Under the pieces are notes generated by a model. That model had not been told where the DNA came from. It saw only the letters and a list, made by a program, of their open reading frames with translations, and ran no database searches. Shown piece after piece: positions 38,375-51,308 of a stretch of DNA of 64,000 bases; position 1 is the stretch's first letter; each line of letters begins with the position of its first letter. Source of the DNA: Tubulanus polymorphus (taxonomy: Eukaryota > Animalia > Nemertea); contig NC_134033.1 of the NCBI RefSeq assembly GCF_964204645.1, positions 14,578,655 to 14,642,654 on the forward strand, in the 5' to 3' direction. The translations under genes were made by a program, and so were the position numbers.

Positions 38375-40785
38375 TTTATATCCTGAAAAAAATCATGGAC
38401 ATCGTCATATTCGTTTTCATGACGAAATATATAGCCTATTATATGCATTATTACTAACCGGACAAGGAATATGATTATACATCCATGAATATCGTCGCTC
38501 ATAAAAATGCTTGTCCTATCCGTAGAAAATTCGTCTAGAAATATGTCCCGTTCGCACGGATCAGAGGTAATTAACTAGCGCGATCTTAATGGCGCCAAAC
38601 TGCGGGGGAACACGTCCGACATGTATCAAGCGCTGGAACGTTTTTTCTCTCGTTGTTGAGAACGTTACTTTTTCATTTGGAACGTATTGAACGTTTTTTT
38701 TTCATTTTTTTTTCGGAACTGCAGTATTTTTAGTGAAACTATATGTGTTACAAGTATCACTTCAAATCCAATCGTTTTGGTTCAAGCGTTCGTTTTCTCA
38801 CGCAAAGGATTTCAGATTACTTGAAGAGAAGCTATCCGACTTCATTCTTACGAGTACTCGCCATAGTAATGAATATGTCGGTTATGATAATTAGGTCTAT
38901 AGAGGCACAAGGCCGGATTTTGTCGAACACGAAATTTTAATTGAAGTTTCTACCCTAATTCCCATTGAAATCGCGATGTCCCGTAAGAGGTAGCGGTACT
39001 GTGGGAGGTGATATACGTATTAGTGGTGGCATTTATTATATACAGCAATGCAGTACGCTGCTCTTCGGGACCATGTCGCGGTACCAAGAATTGATCACTT
39101 CCTCGGGAGGAGGGGTTTATCACATGGTGCCTACGTGCCTAAGAGGGTCAGGAAAATTTTTGGTGCACGGGTCAGAAAATCGGGGGATTATGTCAGCCAT
39201 CGACGAAGTAGAAAGCTCCAGAACAAAAATCCACTCTCAACAACGCAAACAGGATTTCTACATTATTAAAAAGGTTTAATGGCATCATTTTAGTATGATA
39301 TTCATCATGTTATAATAATAATAATAATAATTATAATAATAGTAAATTATTCAATTAACCACTACAACTAATCAATCATCCATTATAATATATTTTCAAT
39401 TAACATTAGCCAACAGAATAGTTGTATACAATCTGTACAGTGCTTCTACTAATTATACCTAGTCATTGATTTATATGTATTTCATTTGAATAATGATAAT
39501 TACATAATCATAATTTCCTAAATAAATTAATAATCTGATTAATAAGTCTGCTGCATACATTTCACAGAACATCTAAAGTAAATAACGCAACGAATTTCTG
39601 CCGGGAGAGCGCGCCCTCTAGCGACGAACGTTTCCGAACGCGGCGCTGCTTCTGGTCGGGATGGACAGGACTGACAATTGGTGTATATAATGGAACAATA
39701 ATCATCGTTCTAAACTCGTAAATTCTGTAATATAATATCTTAACACTTCACAAAAAAAATAACAAACCAACATCACAAGCGACGGGCATTGAATTTTAAG
39801 ATTTCTGCAAAACAAATAAGTCCCCTTCTTCAACTGTCAACTTTTCATAACGTTGAAATAATGTACGACGACGACGACGAACGGCCGTATCATCAGCGAA
39901 TAACTACTCCCTAACGGTGCATTGTTTTCACGCACAAAAATATCAACCCTGTATCGAAGAAGTTGGAACAAGTTAATACAAATAGGACTTCGAGCGACAC
40001 AAAAACCTGTGCATGTTAGTAGATATACAAACAAATCGAACAGGGAGAAAACGAACTAACGAGGCTACGAACATATCTAGGGCCGGTGGACCGCGGCACA
40101 TTGGCCGTCCAGTTCGCATTCAGCCACCCACGCCGAAATATTGCAGCTGCATTGACAATTTTTCTCCAGTTTTTTTTCGTAACCACTGTTTACCAACAAC
40201 GTTGTTGATAAACATCGGTAGCTAGGAGGTGAAAGTGCAGGAGTGTTGTGGTAGCTGTAGCAGTGGATTTTATTTAGGGTAGCTCAATGTGAAAGGACGG
40301 CCAACGTGCCCCGGTCAAACTACCCCCTACCCTTCCGTCTTTCTATTTCATTCATATTTCAAGAGATGAGATAAAACATTGTACATCGAAGAGAATGTGG
40401 AATGAAAATGAATTTCGTTAAACACGTACGCGCGCGCATGCATCACACATCTGACCCATCCCGTCTCTTACTAGAACATTCATTACACTAATTAATGCAG
40501 GCATCAATCTGTAGCCTGGACCGTGCACCCGCTCCTGCCTGTCGTTTCCAGGCTGCAGATCGACGGCCGGTTACAGGCCGAAGATTGATGCCTGTATAGG
40601 AGTTTCACGTAGGTCTATACACGTTATAAATATATGTACAAATAACACACATCGCCATGAACTTTTTTTTTTCAGATGATCACAGAGTGTTTGGTAAACT
40701 ACACACTCGCACGGAACTGGTATTATAAGACTGAAGATATACAGTTGATTTTGTTTCGTTTGACTAACTAGACCGACACTCTTTA

Positions 40786-41039
40786 AGCCTAACCCAGGTC
40801 GCACTAAGATCCGACCTGCGATTCGGTCGTAAGTGCGCTCGAAGGTCGCATACCATCCGATCCGTTGGCAGAGAATATGCCCGAACATTACGATTGTCTC
40901 CGACCAATCTTAACGATATTACCGGGGTAAGTACATTCGTGTAGCAATAATTCCCCCATCTGAATAATCGGCCGACTGACTGCCAATTCCCCACGTCCCG
41001 ACGATAGGGTCGAATCTTGTGCGACCTGAGATATAGGCT
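40786..41039. mobile_element. MITE
   Basis: AGCCTAACCCAGGTCGCACTAAGAT / ATCTTGTGCGACCTGAGATATAGGCT inverted ends. Confidence 0.6.
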
Positions 41040-41523
41040 GTGTACCAGGTCCATTATGTAAATGGAGCAGTTCAGCTGTACCTAGCGCCGGGCAGTTGCT
41101 CTTTTTGCAAATACCGTAAATTCAAATGCTAGGTACAGCCCGTAGGTTGGTATTTTATTACATAGGATTCCGTCAAGATTTTGGAAGAATATCGTTATTG
41201 GTCTTATGTTCATTCATATGACACAGATGGAGGCCTACCTTATCATTATTATTATTACTAATTGGTGAAACTACAACCACTAAGACGATTTCTGAGATAG
41301 GAGCACATGCAAACATAAATATCAATAGTAGACAGATCTTGAATAGATTTTTTTTTAATAGTGCGTGCAACATTCGTTTTTGATAGGTAGTTTGAAGTTA
41401 ATAATCTTGTTCGAAATAGGCTTTTCTTGTTAAAAAGGAAAAGCTTCCTAGAAGAGATGACAACAAAAATATTCAGCGTGTAAACACCATTGAAGTCCAC
41501 CCACACGCACCTGACAGAAAATA

Positions 41524-41578
41524 TTTTTGACCCCGGTATCCTAGGTATTATATAGTACCTAGGATACCGGGTCAAAAA
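41524..41578. repeat. Near-perfect 55-bp palindrome
   Basis: TTTTTGACCCCGGTATCCTAGGTA-ttatatag-TACCTAGGATACCGGGTCAAAAA. Confidence 0.85.
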
Positions 41579-42369
41579 GCTCAGGCCCTGTGCGAGTCCA
41601 CATTACACCAGGTTTTCTGATTTTCACCTCCTAAAGAATCTCCTTAAGTTTTGGGGGCTAATCGTTATAAACTGGATACCAGTTACATATAGTATACCAA
41701 ACAATACTAAGATAATAAATAACACTCAATAAGGATAGATTTAATCAAGCTTAACAAATTAATTCCAATAGTTGAGATCATGGGATAAGTAACTCCTATG
41801 CAAAACGGGTATTTGAAATGATTTTTTTTTTCAAATAAAACTTATGCGAAAAACCGTGCCCAGAGACTAAGATCATTTTCCAACGCTGGAACTGGGAGGT
41901 AATGAGGCTATGGCTGGTTAATGGTCTACGCTGAAATTCCATAATCCTACCCTGTAATGAGAGATCCGCACGGATATTGCAAATAAGTCGAATGATGTGT
42001 GGTGATTGTCTAAATCAACTGAGAGATTGTAAATGTTAAGTACAATCGTTAGTACAATCATTTGAGATTAATAGGGAGGTAAATGTAAATAAATCTTATG
42101 ACTTGATTGATTAAGTAGTGATAAAGACCCATCAACCGTGCTACTATAATAAAGTACTCCAGGAGCTATTTCATAGCTAGAAATCGGCTACGAAATTCAA
42201 TTCAGCTTTCACCTACACGTTTTACAAAAAAAATCTGGCGTTTCAACCATTTTAGTGCAGACCAATTCTTACCCTTAAGTGCTGGAGATAATTTGAAAAT
42301 ATTGGAAAATTCTACCACAGTGCGTTGTATGACAAATTCATGAATTTTTGATGGCGGGCATACTGTTAA

Positions 42370-42490
42370 AGTGCGTCTACACTGCAGTGCGATGTATCGT
42401 TAGTTAATCGTGTTAATAATCAGATGGGACTGCAGCATAATAACAAAGTCCATCACTGAATTATACACTGCACTGCAGTGTAGACACACT
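42370..42490. mobile_element. MITE (PIF/Harbinger-like ends)
   Basis: AGTGCGTCTACACTGCAGTGC / GCACTGCAGTGTAGACACACT. Confidence 0.7.
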
Positions 42491-43379
42491 GAAAGGACTT
42501 CTAGAGATTTGACTGTACATTCCTACTCATAGGCTAAGTCAACAAATCGCGATTGAGGATGGTCATCTGGAACTTTGCCGATAACATATTCTACTACAAA
42601 ATTGACGAAAAGAGAACGTCAGCTTAAACATGTCTAACCTCTACAACATTAAATCAAAACACCGGCTTCTGAACGGTTTCATCATATCGAATGAACATTT
42701 AGACAAGTGATCACTTGAACATAAAGATTGCCTATTGACATATATGGTTTTACAATAAGATCAATGGTTTGAAGAATACTTCGGCCGTGGAAATCGGTCT
42801 TTTGTGGTTTTCGATATAGGTAAACACTCGAAGGGCATTCGTAAAGTACATACTCAAACTTTAGCTGATTTTCAACCCCGGCATGTATATCAAAGCATCG
42901 AAATATCGAAATCGGCTTTTTTAAAATCCCCATAGATGTGTACGTACGTACATCATGAACGACCCGGCCGAAATTGCTCAAGTCGCGCTCCCTTGTTCAC
43001 GGTTGCTCGCAGGCCGTATTGAAAATCATCGACGAAATTCGTAGCTTTAGGTTACGTCGATTTTAGCAGTTTCGAACATCATGGTTCTAACGATAAAATA
43101 AATATAGCCATAAAATCTCCCGTCTGTTCGTTTTAATACTATACAATAATCATTAACATTAACTATCGGATTAAAAAACATCGGCGATGACGATTAAACA
43201 ATTAGATTAAATCATCGGTAATAATAATTACGATAATAGCGATTACTATAATATATCAATCAATTAACAAGGATCATACATAATTCAATAAGTCACTGTT
43301 AACGAATCGGGACACGGTTCAACAGTTCCTGAGTTTCGATTCGACTCGGGAGCCAAAACATTGAAAATGAACTGATTTG

Positions 43380-43780
43380 AATAAGTTTAAAACCCACTTC
43401 AACGGAACCTCGTTAAAACGAACTCGGATACAAAGATTCATCGGATATAACAAATATAGAATTGCGTCCCAAGTAAGAGAATTTGATCAATTCTATACCG
43501 GTTATAACGAACATATTTTCTGGAGAAGTTTGCTGTAACGAGGTTGCACTGTTTATGCAGAATTTGAAACATTAAAAAATGTATTTTACTTATCAAGAAT
43601 TGAAATCAAAATACACCACATTTCGAAATCTCACTAGAGATCTACGTCAGGTGTGACGATGATCACCGTACGATCACTAATCAGAGTCCGAAACCTCTTG
43701 TATTTTGATTTTAATTCTTAACAAATAAAATTTGTTTTCAATCTTTTTAATTCTGTATATACTGGGGTTTAAACTTATCA
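43380..43780. mobile_element. Nested MITEs: pogo/Tigger-like element inside a long-hairpin element
   Basis: Outer ends AATAAGTTTAAAACCC / GGGGTTTAAACTTAT, with inverted arms 43556-43615 / 43700-43758. Inner element GGAACCTCGTTAAAACG...TAACGAGGTTGCACTG. Confidence 0.55.
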
Positions 43781-44197
43781 CATGGTCTTCACGTTAAGAG
43801 AGTGTTCTACCAAACACACAACTGCCGAACCGCGTCCAGATTTTGATTAAGTGATTGAAACTACACTCATTTTTGGTAGAACTTGAACATTTTTGTTGTT
43901 GTTGTTGTCGTTGAAAAAAACCCGTATTTTTTATGTACATTTCGTATTCACAATTTCGGTTTTAAAACAACACGATTTTATTTATATAATATATATATTT
44001 ATAGTATATATATATATATATGTATGTATAGTATACATCGTATAACTAACACGCCTCAACAATGACGACGTTCATCCAGCGAGTTCCCCACGGCGACCGG
44101 GGCGTACCCATGCGACAATAGATGGTTACTATCAGATTTGATTCGTAACGACGCTTTTTAAGATCTGGTTAAGGTCGTATTTACAGAGATTGAGGCA

Positions 44198-44298
44198 TCC
44201 TCCCCCGGCAGGGATTCGAACCTGATGGCATCGCTGGACTCAGCCACGGCACGAAACCCTGCCGCATTAGACAGAAGGCGCATCCCTGCCGGGGGAGG
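44198..44298 (-). mobile_element. tRNA-derived SINE head within an inverted repeat
   Basis: Minus strand reads ...GCCATCAGGTTCGAATCCCTGCCGGGGGAGG (B box). Related copies at 49164-49245 (-), 49356-49420 (+) and ~45541. Confidence 0.6.
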
Positions 44299-44855
44299 AC
44301 GACATTGAGGGTTTTTTTTTACATCGTTCAATAAAAATCCCTCACTCTAAGTAAAGAAAAATGGAATCTACTGAATTTCATTATTCGGAACATTACGCGA
44401 ACTCGCGAAAGGCAATAAACAAACATAAATAGCTACGTCAAATTTTATATACGGAGATCATTCGAAGTGGATGGTTGATATCGAAACCTATTGAAAAACC
44501 AATACGAAAACGACGACACGGAAAAAGATCCAGACAGAAATAAACTTATTTCCAGCAAACTAATCCAGAGGGAAATAACAATTCCATTTCATATACGAGT
44601 CAATTAACTAAAGTGCTCCTATCAAATCATTTCCTGGTTATGAATATTCTCTAGCCGCCTAAATAAACCTTTTGCCGTAACGACGAAGGTTTTGTCCGAT
44701 TAAAGGTATCAGCGACGACCATATTTTACATTCTAGAGAAGTTCGGCGCCGACCAATTTTTCTTTAATTCGGTGTCATGATTCGAATTCCGAGACTGTTT
44801 CGCCATCTATTGAAACGCACGGTACTACATTACGGATTTAAACCACATCGTTCTA

Positions 44856-44946
44856 CAGTAGACCCCGCCTAAACCCGTACATTTGGGGACCTTCATTTTT
44901 CTACTGAATTAGGCCGTATCGACCGGTACCTAGGCGGAGTCTACTG
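44856..44946. mobile_element. Tc1/mariner-pogo type MITE with TA TSD
   Basis: TA|CAGTAGACCCCGCCTA ... TAGGCGGAGTCTACTG|TA. Confidence 0.8.
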
Positions 44947-46341
44947 TACTGTAACTCCCCGACGCGTTGTTTCTACTCTCATCGAGGTTGTTACTTTACA
45001 CTGAGCGATATACGATTCCTAAATATCCATCGATTTTTCTAATTAATAAGATAGTACTCTAATAATTAATATTATCCATAATTAATACTAATAATGATGA
45101 TTATTATTTATTCAAACGACTCGTATGTGTGTGAGTGATGTGGTATTTACACAATGATCTAGTAGAATACATATATACATCCTCTCTTCGGGGAATTTGA
45201 GTCCTCGTGGTCTAGCGACACTCCTGGGTCCTCGTGACACTTTATCAGTCCTCGCGACACTCTACGCCTCGCCATGGCCTCACGAGGACTCATACCATGC
45301 ACGAGTCCTAGTGGCCTTACGACAATTTGCTGAGATTGGAAAGCATTTCATATTCGAGGTTCATCATAATACTTTTTCACTCCCAAACTAATCAAAATCT
45401 TCCAATGCCGCACAATTGTTGCGCGCTTTTTATATACCCGCTAATGTCCTCTAATTAGACCGGTAAGGCCAAGCCGCGAGAATGTGCACCAGACTTGAAT
45501 AAAGTGCGAAGTTTGCCAGGAAAATTGCCAGCCTCACGAGGCCATCAGGTTCAACAAATCCCCGCCAGATAGAACGACATACAGAATGAAGCACCATATT
45601 CATTCCATAGTGATTTTTAATACCGATTTTTTTTTTTCAATCACTTCACAACCACCTTAGTAATTCTCTCGATACAACACCGTCGAAAACATCTACTCGT
45701 AAACTTAACTTCTAACAATCATCACCCCTGCACGTAACCCTTTTCCGTACAAGGAGGCCCGACCTCTGTACACATTGGACGCTTTATCTTGCCTTTGGCT
45801 GCTACTGGCTCGTAATAATTCCGCGATCTTCCCCGTTCAATGCCGTTAAATTCCGAGCTTTTCGGCTTCGAAATTCCCCTGGATTTAGTTACTTTACACA
45901 TATAACACACGTGATCTTCAACACACAGCAGACGACGCATCAAACGTGTTCAACCGATTCTCGGGAATCGCGCGTACACCTTCCCCCGCAGCTGCCGGAG
46001 CAGGGTCTATCAGAACCGTAAACCTCATCGATACGTGACACAGAAATCTTTCCACCGACTACACACACGTACTCACGCACGTACGTACGTACGCATGCAC
46101 GCACGTACGCACACCTTCCCCTGATCGACGACGTTTCTATTCGTTAACAACTAGAATTACGAGAACCGCGACGAAACTCGCTGCGACTATATTTACACGA
46201 TGGTTTCGCGCGAAGGTTTCCGTTTACGAGTATGAGCAACATACGTAGACGTACACAGACGTACGTTTTACATGCGATTAGATTCGATGAGGAGATTTAA
46301 ACCGAGGTCGCGCGGAGTATGACGACGTTTTCCGACGCGGG

Positions 46342-49300
46342 TTAAGTGAGGCCGATACTCGTGCACGATTTCACCGTTCGATACAACCACAACGATATGA
46401 CTAGAGTCGTTAAACAAGACGCCACCTGGTGTCCACGCGATGAAGTATGATTGTTTATGTGTAGACACACGCGGTCTTTCTTCGGTGAGATGAGACGGTG
46501 ACACGGCGTCGTTTGTTTGGCTGCTGCGTGAGCGTGATGATCTACAAAACAAGCAAATATTCATCAAATTAATTTTTTACACATATAGAGGCTAATTGAC
46601 ACATTGGCAGCTGACTACAAGTTATCATGCAGGTTTGGTTTTGCCATCATTGGTTTTGCCATCAATGCCAATTTGACTTATCTCATAGTTTTGGTTTTGC
46701 CTTTAATGCCACTACGAGTTATCTCGTAGTTTTGGTTTTGCCATAAATGCCACTACCAGTTATCTCATAGTTTTGGTTTTGCCATAAATGCCACTACCAG
46801 TTATCTCATAGTTTTGGTTTTGCCATCAATGCTACTACCAGTTATCTCATTGTTTTGGTTTTGCCATAAATGCCACTAAGAGTTATCTCATAGTTTTGGT
46901 TTTGCCATCAATGCCACTAAGAGTTATCTCATAGTTTTGGTTTTGCCATCAATGCCACTACGAGTTATCTCATAGTTTTGGTTTTGCCATCAATTCCACC
47001 GACACAGTTCCTGATTGGCTGGCAATGTGAACAAACGCCTACTTCATTCTCATTACTCATTGGTCAATTTTGAACAATGGCCGACTATGTTATTGCTCCA
47101 TTTCCACCTATGAGATAACTCGTAGTAGTGACTGGGAAGAAATACAGCGGTAGTGAAGCTATTTGAGCCAACATGCTTTCATCATGTTACCCACTAGACT
47201 AAGCTAATACAATATACCTAGATGGCTCCACTATTATTATTTGTAACCCTCATCTTAGAAATTCAATAGCTCTGGTACCGTCCTAATAGAGATACAGTAG
47301 TCAAGAGGTTAACTAACGCGTCTACCAATGAGGCACATTTTGCAGCCAACATGCTTTCATCATGTTACCCACTAGACTAAGCTAATACAATATACCTAGA
47401 TGGCTCCACTATTATTATTTGTAACCCTCATCTTAGAAATTCAATAGCTCTGGTACCGTCCTAATAGAGATACAGTAGTCAAGAGGTTAACTAACGCGTC
47501 TACCAATGAGGCACATTTTGATATTCTAATACACCGGGCCCAATTCTTATAGTCACCACAGACCATATTTTCTCAACTGCAGAACCCTGAGGCTCGCAAA
47601 ACTAACAAGCCTTTAATCTCCAGATCGTAATTACATAGCATAGAATAGAAGATGCCAGCACAACAACCACTATCTCAATCTCCAGTTTATCTGCGGATGC
47701 ACTTAAGAAAGTTTGAAAAACCAATTCATTTCCGCACAGGAAAAGTAAATTTACGCAAAGCCGTTTCTAATCTAACTACGCCGGTTTGATGGACATTCTC
47801 ACGTGGCAACCGATTCAAACGCGGTATTCATCGCGGCATGCTAATTGCGAGGCTGTATGTACCGACAAGCATAGCTCTATATAATAGCATCATAAAAGAG
47901 ATTATATATTTCATAAATATAGTATAAATCGTTTCTCGGGTTAGCTAGCGGTATAGGTATGATTCGTAGTAAATATTTGGTTATAGTATTAACGATATTT
48001 AAACGCTCACATACATTCCATATAAATTTTTTATAATCAATACATACAGGGCATTCCAATACTACAGTTTTAGATAATAGCAAGGCATATGTGGTGGAGT
48101 GGTTTCTATATACAGTAATGTCCGTCGAGGAGTAGTGGCGGTAAATTTCCCCGTGACAATGGGAGGGGGGGGCGAATTACCAGCTAACCCGCCATTTGAC
48201 ATGAAAAGCTTTCAGTCTTACCAAACGTTAAATTTATTTATTTTCGATCAACTTAGAACTGGATTTTAAGGCTCCCGAATACACGTAACATTGTCACAGG
48301 GCACCCACTAAAAATAGATTCATCTTTCTACTCATTGATCGGCATATTTTTCATTAATAATGGATTTATCTTAAGAGAAATGCGTCGAGCATCTATTCAA
48401 CTGACTATAAGTAAACTACCAGTAAATGAGAATGAACTGATTTTATCTTTTAATCGTGGCCACTTTCCACCTAATTACAAATTCCACAAGTTTTCCCTGG
48501 TTTTTCAACACACAAAATTCCCTGAGTGAATCTGCGACAGGTGGAGAAATTCATTGGTTCCAATAAAATGTCACATTCAATTCATTTTTCATGAATCATG
48601 TATTGATAAAGACATGTATAATCGATAGCATATCCATATTTCCAGGGTTTTCCAGGTTTTTTTTGCAAAACGTGTACAATCCCCTCGGCCCTGGGTTCAG
48701 TTCCACAGTTCTGAGTTAAGATTTGACTCAGAGTTAACTCATTGAAAATGAACTAACTTAAACTCAGAGTTAACTCTAACTCACAACTGTGGAACTGGGT
48801 GCTGATTTGTTATCAATCTTTCTGATTCCCCAAGTTTTCAAGGTCACAGACCGCTCAGTGAAGTGTAAATATAGGGTACGGGGTACGCTGGGGGTTTAAA
48901 ACTAGACGAATTATGTTATTAGTAGCGCCCCCTCGAGGACATTACTGTAAACAAGGTTTAAACTACATTCTAGTTGTTATGACGGACGGGGCACATCGAG
49001 ACAGATACATTACCATTGAGTTGAGTATTGTCTAGGTTATGTCTATACGACGAGTCAGCACCTTTCAACGGATAGAAACAATTGAGTTAATTGTTAAATC
49101 AGACGAAAAGAAGACACACTTGCCAGGATCCTACGAGATCCACCTAGACGGCTGTATCGCGAATTCCTCGGCAGGGATTCGAACCTGATGGAATCGCCAG
49201 ACTCTGAACGGGTCTGAAACCTTGCACGATTAGCCCCAGTGCGCATTGATGTTTCATTTTTTAGTCGGCGCTATCTGCGAATTTGCCTCCGTGCTTTTAC

Positions 49301-51308
49301 ATTAATCTGATCTTGGCATCAAAGTTTATGTGCGAATAAGCCGTGTAAGTACCTGCACATTGGGCTAATCGGGCAGAGTATCGCGATGCTATCGGGTTCA
49401 AATCCCTGCGGAGGGAGGATGGATGATTCAAGCTCAACATAAAACTGCAGCGAACAGCTCTTTCTATTTTTAAATCGTAGAATTCCGCTCGAAGCCGTCA
49501 CGTGAGGAATCGCAGATCGGATACCGGCAAGTGAGGAGACAAACTTATAGATACTTGGTATAGAAAATAGACATATAAGAGATAGGAGAACGAATTCAAC
49601 TGAAGATGGACACGATGTTGTACGTACTTCCGAGGACATTACGAAACACGAATCAAGACACACTTCTCGCTGAGTGGGGACTCAAAATGAATCTTAATAA
49701 TAATGAATTAGTAACAGGACTCGCTGCTGACTTGCCAGACGTTCAAATCCCGGCAAGTCGGCAACACAGTAGAATGGAGCTATGAACATCATGCATCTCA
49801 GAACAGGGTGAAAAATAAAAGAGAATCTATGTATATATATATATATATATATATAATAAGGAAATAATTTAAAATAGCGCGAATACTATTGCGACTACGT
49901 ACCTGTGCATAAAAATGTGGGTTCACCAGAATATTGGTCGTCCATAGCAGGCAGCAGATATGGACATCTATTTTCAATCTCAGTACAATAATCCATGCAG
50001 GGTACGATGAGTTGCCCGGCTCTATAATACGGTATGTGATATGCGCATAACCAATCTTTGTATGCTTGCTGTAACGAGATACGCGGATAGGAAAAATATA
50101 GAATCATAACTTCATGAATTTATCAAACACTGAAACATGGAGAGTCTGGTTGAAACGGTTTAATCATACAATTTGGTTGGGTTAAAATCGATATGCTTCT
50201 TGAAGACTGAATTGAATGTTTCGGTTAAACTGCGCCAAATCGACCTAGTCTGTGCACACATGATCAATTCAGGCAGTAGATACAATCGATGTTATTGAAA
50301 ATGTGGCTTTTGATTTGATTTGAGTTCTATGGTTTTACGATACAAGACCCAGTTTTAAGTCATGAAATGGGACTTCCATCCGTCCAGGGCGTGCAGTGTT
50401 CTCCATGTACCGGAATTCTAAAGGGGCAGCATTCAGTGAGGCATACATATGACATTGTGGCTGCTGAATGGGCAAAGCTTTCGATCCCTCAAAAATCCAG
50501 AAAATTAAGCTTAATTTTGGGATGATCTTCTATTTTTCGCATTAGCTCAATATCTTTCAAAGCTATTATCAGCACTGATAGAATATTGACATCCACTCCG
50601 GTAGGGGCAGAAAATATTCTATAAGGGTTGGCCGATTTTCAGAGGGGATGGTGGATGTTAAAAAATGAAAGGGGTGGCTGCCCCTCTTAAATCTGTCGTG
50701 GAGAACACTAGCTTGTTAGGGGGGGGGGGGGCACTGACCTTGCATGTATGACAATTTGATGTATGAATGGCAGAATATGAGGTTTCGCAGTCCGTCCGAT
50801 CCATGATGTTCAAAAACTGGCAGTAAATCTTGTTCACGTAGTTGTCGCGGTCTTCCAAATCTTGAAAACATTGCTTGCATTGTTGATACGAGCCCTTAAA
50901 ACACTGGCTCATCGTGTCGTTCGGGATAACACTATACACCGGATAGTGACCGCAAAACCGTAACGTCGTAGTCCTCGCCAGTTTCGTGCGTTGATCGTAC
51001 CGTTCCGAACGCGAACACATTTCGTCGCTTAAATAACGATTTAGAAAAAGGCACTGACCGTTATCTCCGCGGCGATAGTCGTTATTGTTGTAGTTGCGGT
51101 ACGTTTTGTTGTAATTGTTGGCGGTACGCGGCGTAGGTGGCGCGTTCGGGCACGTCACGCTGAATTCGACCGCCGTGTTCGACAAACCGAAATTGTCCGT
51201 CAGTAGTATTGTGAAGAATAGCAACGAGGCCAGACTGCGGCGCCATCTTTGGAGAACATCGCGTATCGGCTTATATAGTAGAACGCCATATTTAAAAGAA
51301 AGGGGCAT
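46342..51308 (-). CDS. NALF1: NALCN channel auxiliary factor (FAM155/NLF-1/Mid1 family), ~311 aa
   Basis: Exons 50739-51308, 49903-50068, 46342-46541. WRRSLASLLFFTILLTD matches the FAM155 N-terminal hydrophobic segment. Cys-rich domain LRFCGHY...CQF..IMDRTDCETSYS...CHTCKQAYKDWLC...PCMDYCTEIENRCPYLLP...YSGEPTFLC; hydrophobic C-terminus. The last exon is less certain. Confidence 0.88.
46635..46998. repeat. 41-bp minisatellite, ~8 copies, in the last NALF intron
   Basis: Unit GTTATCTCATAGTTTTGGTTTTGCCATAAATGCCACTACCA. Confidence 0.92.
47166..47520. repeat. Near-perfect 178-bp tandem duplication
   Basis: AGCCAACATGCTTTCATC...GAGGCACATTTTG at 47166 and again at 47344. Confidence 0.92.
48692..48803. 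mobile_element. Hairpin MITE
   Basis: CAGTTCCACAGTT.TGAGTTA / TAACTCACAACTGTGGAACTG. Confidence 0.7.
49164..49420. mobile_element. Two oppositely oriented tRNA-derived SINE heads
   Basis: GGCAGGGATTCGAACCTGATGG (minus-strand B box) and TGGGCTAATCGG...GGGTTCAAATCCCTGCGGAGGGAGG (plus-strand A/B boxes). Confidence 0.55.

Noticed and set aside
44198-44298. Possible tRNA gene
   Set aside because: A B box is present but no proper acceptor or anticodon stems. Several diverged copies indicate a SINE.
38965-45943. Assorted 60-105 aa ORFs between the protease and NALF
   Set aside because: No recognisable domains and no consistent splice chain. The region is rich in MITEs and UTR-like sequence.
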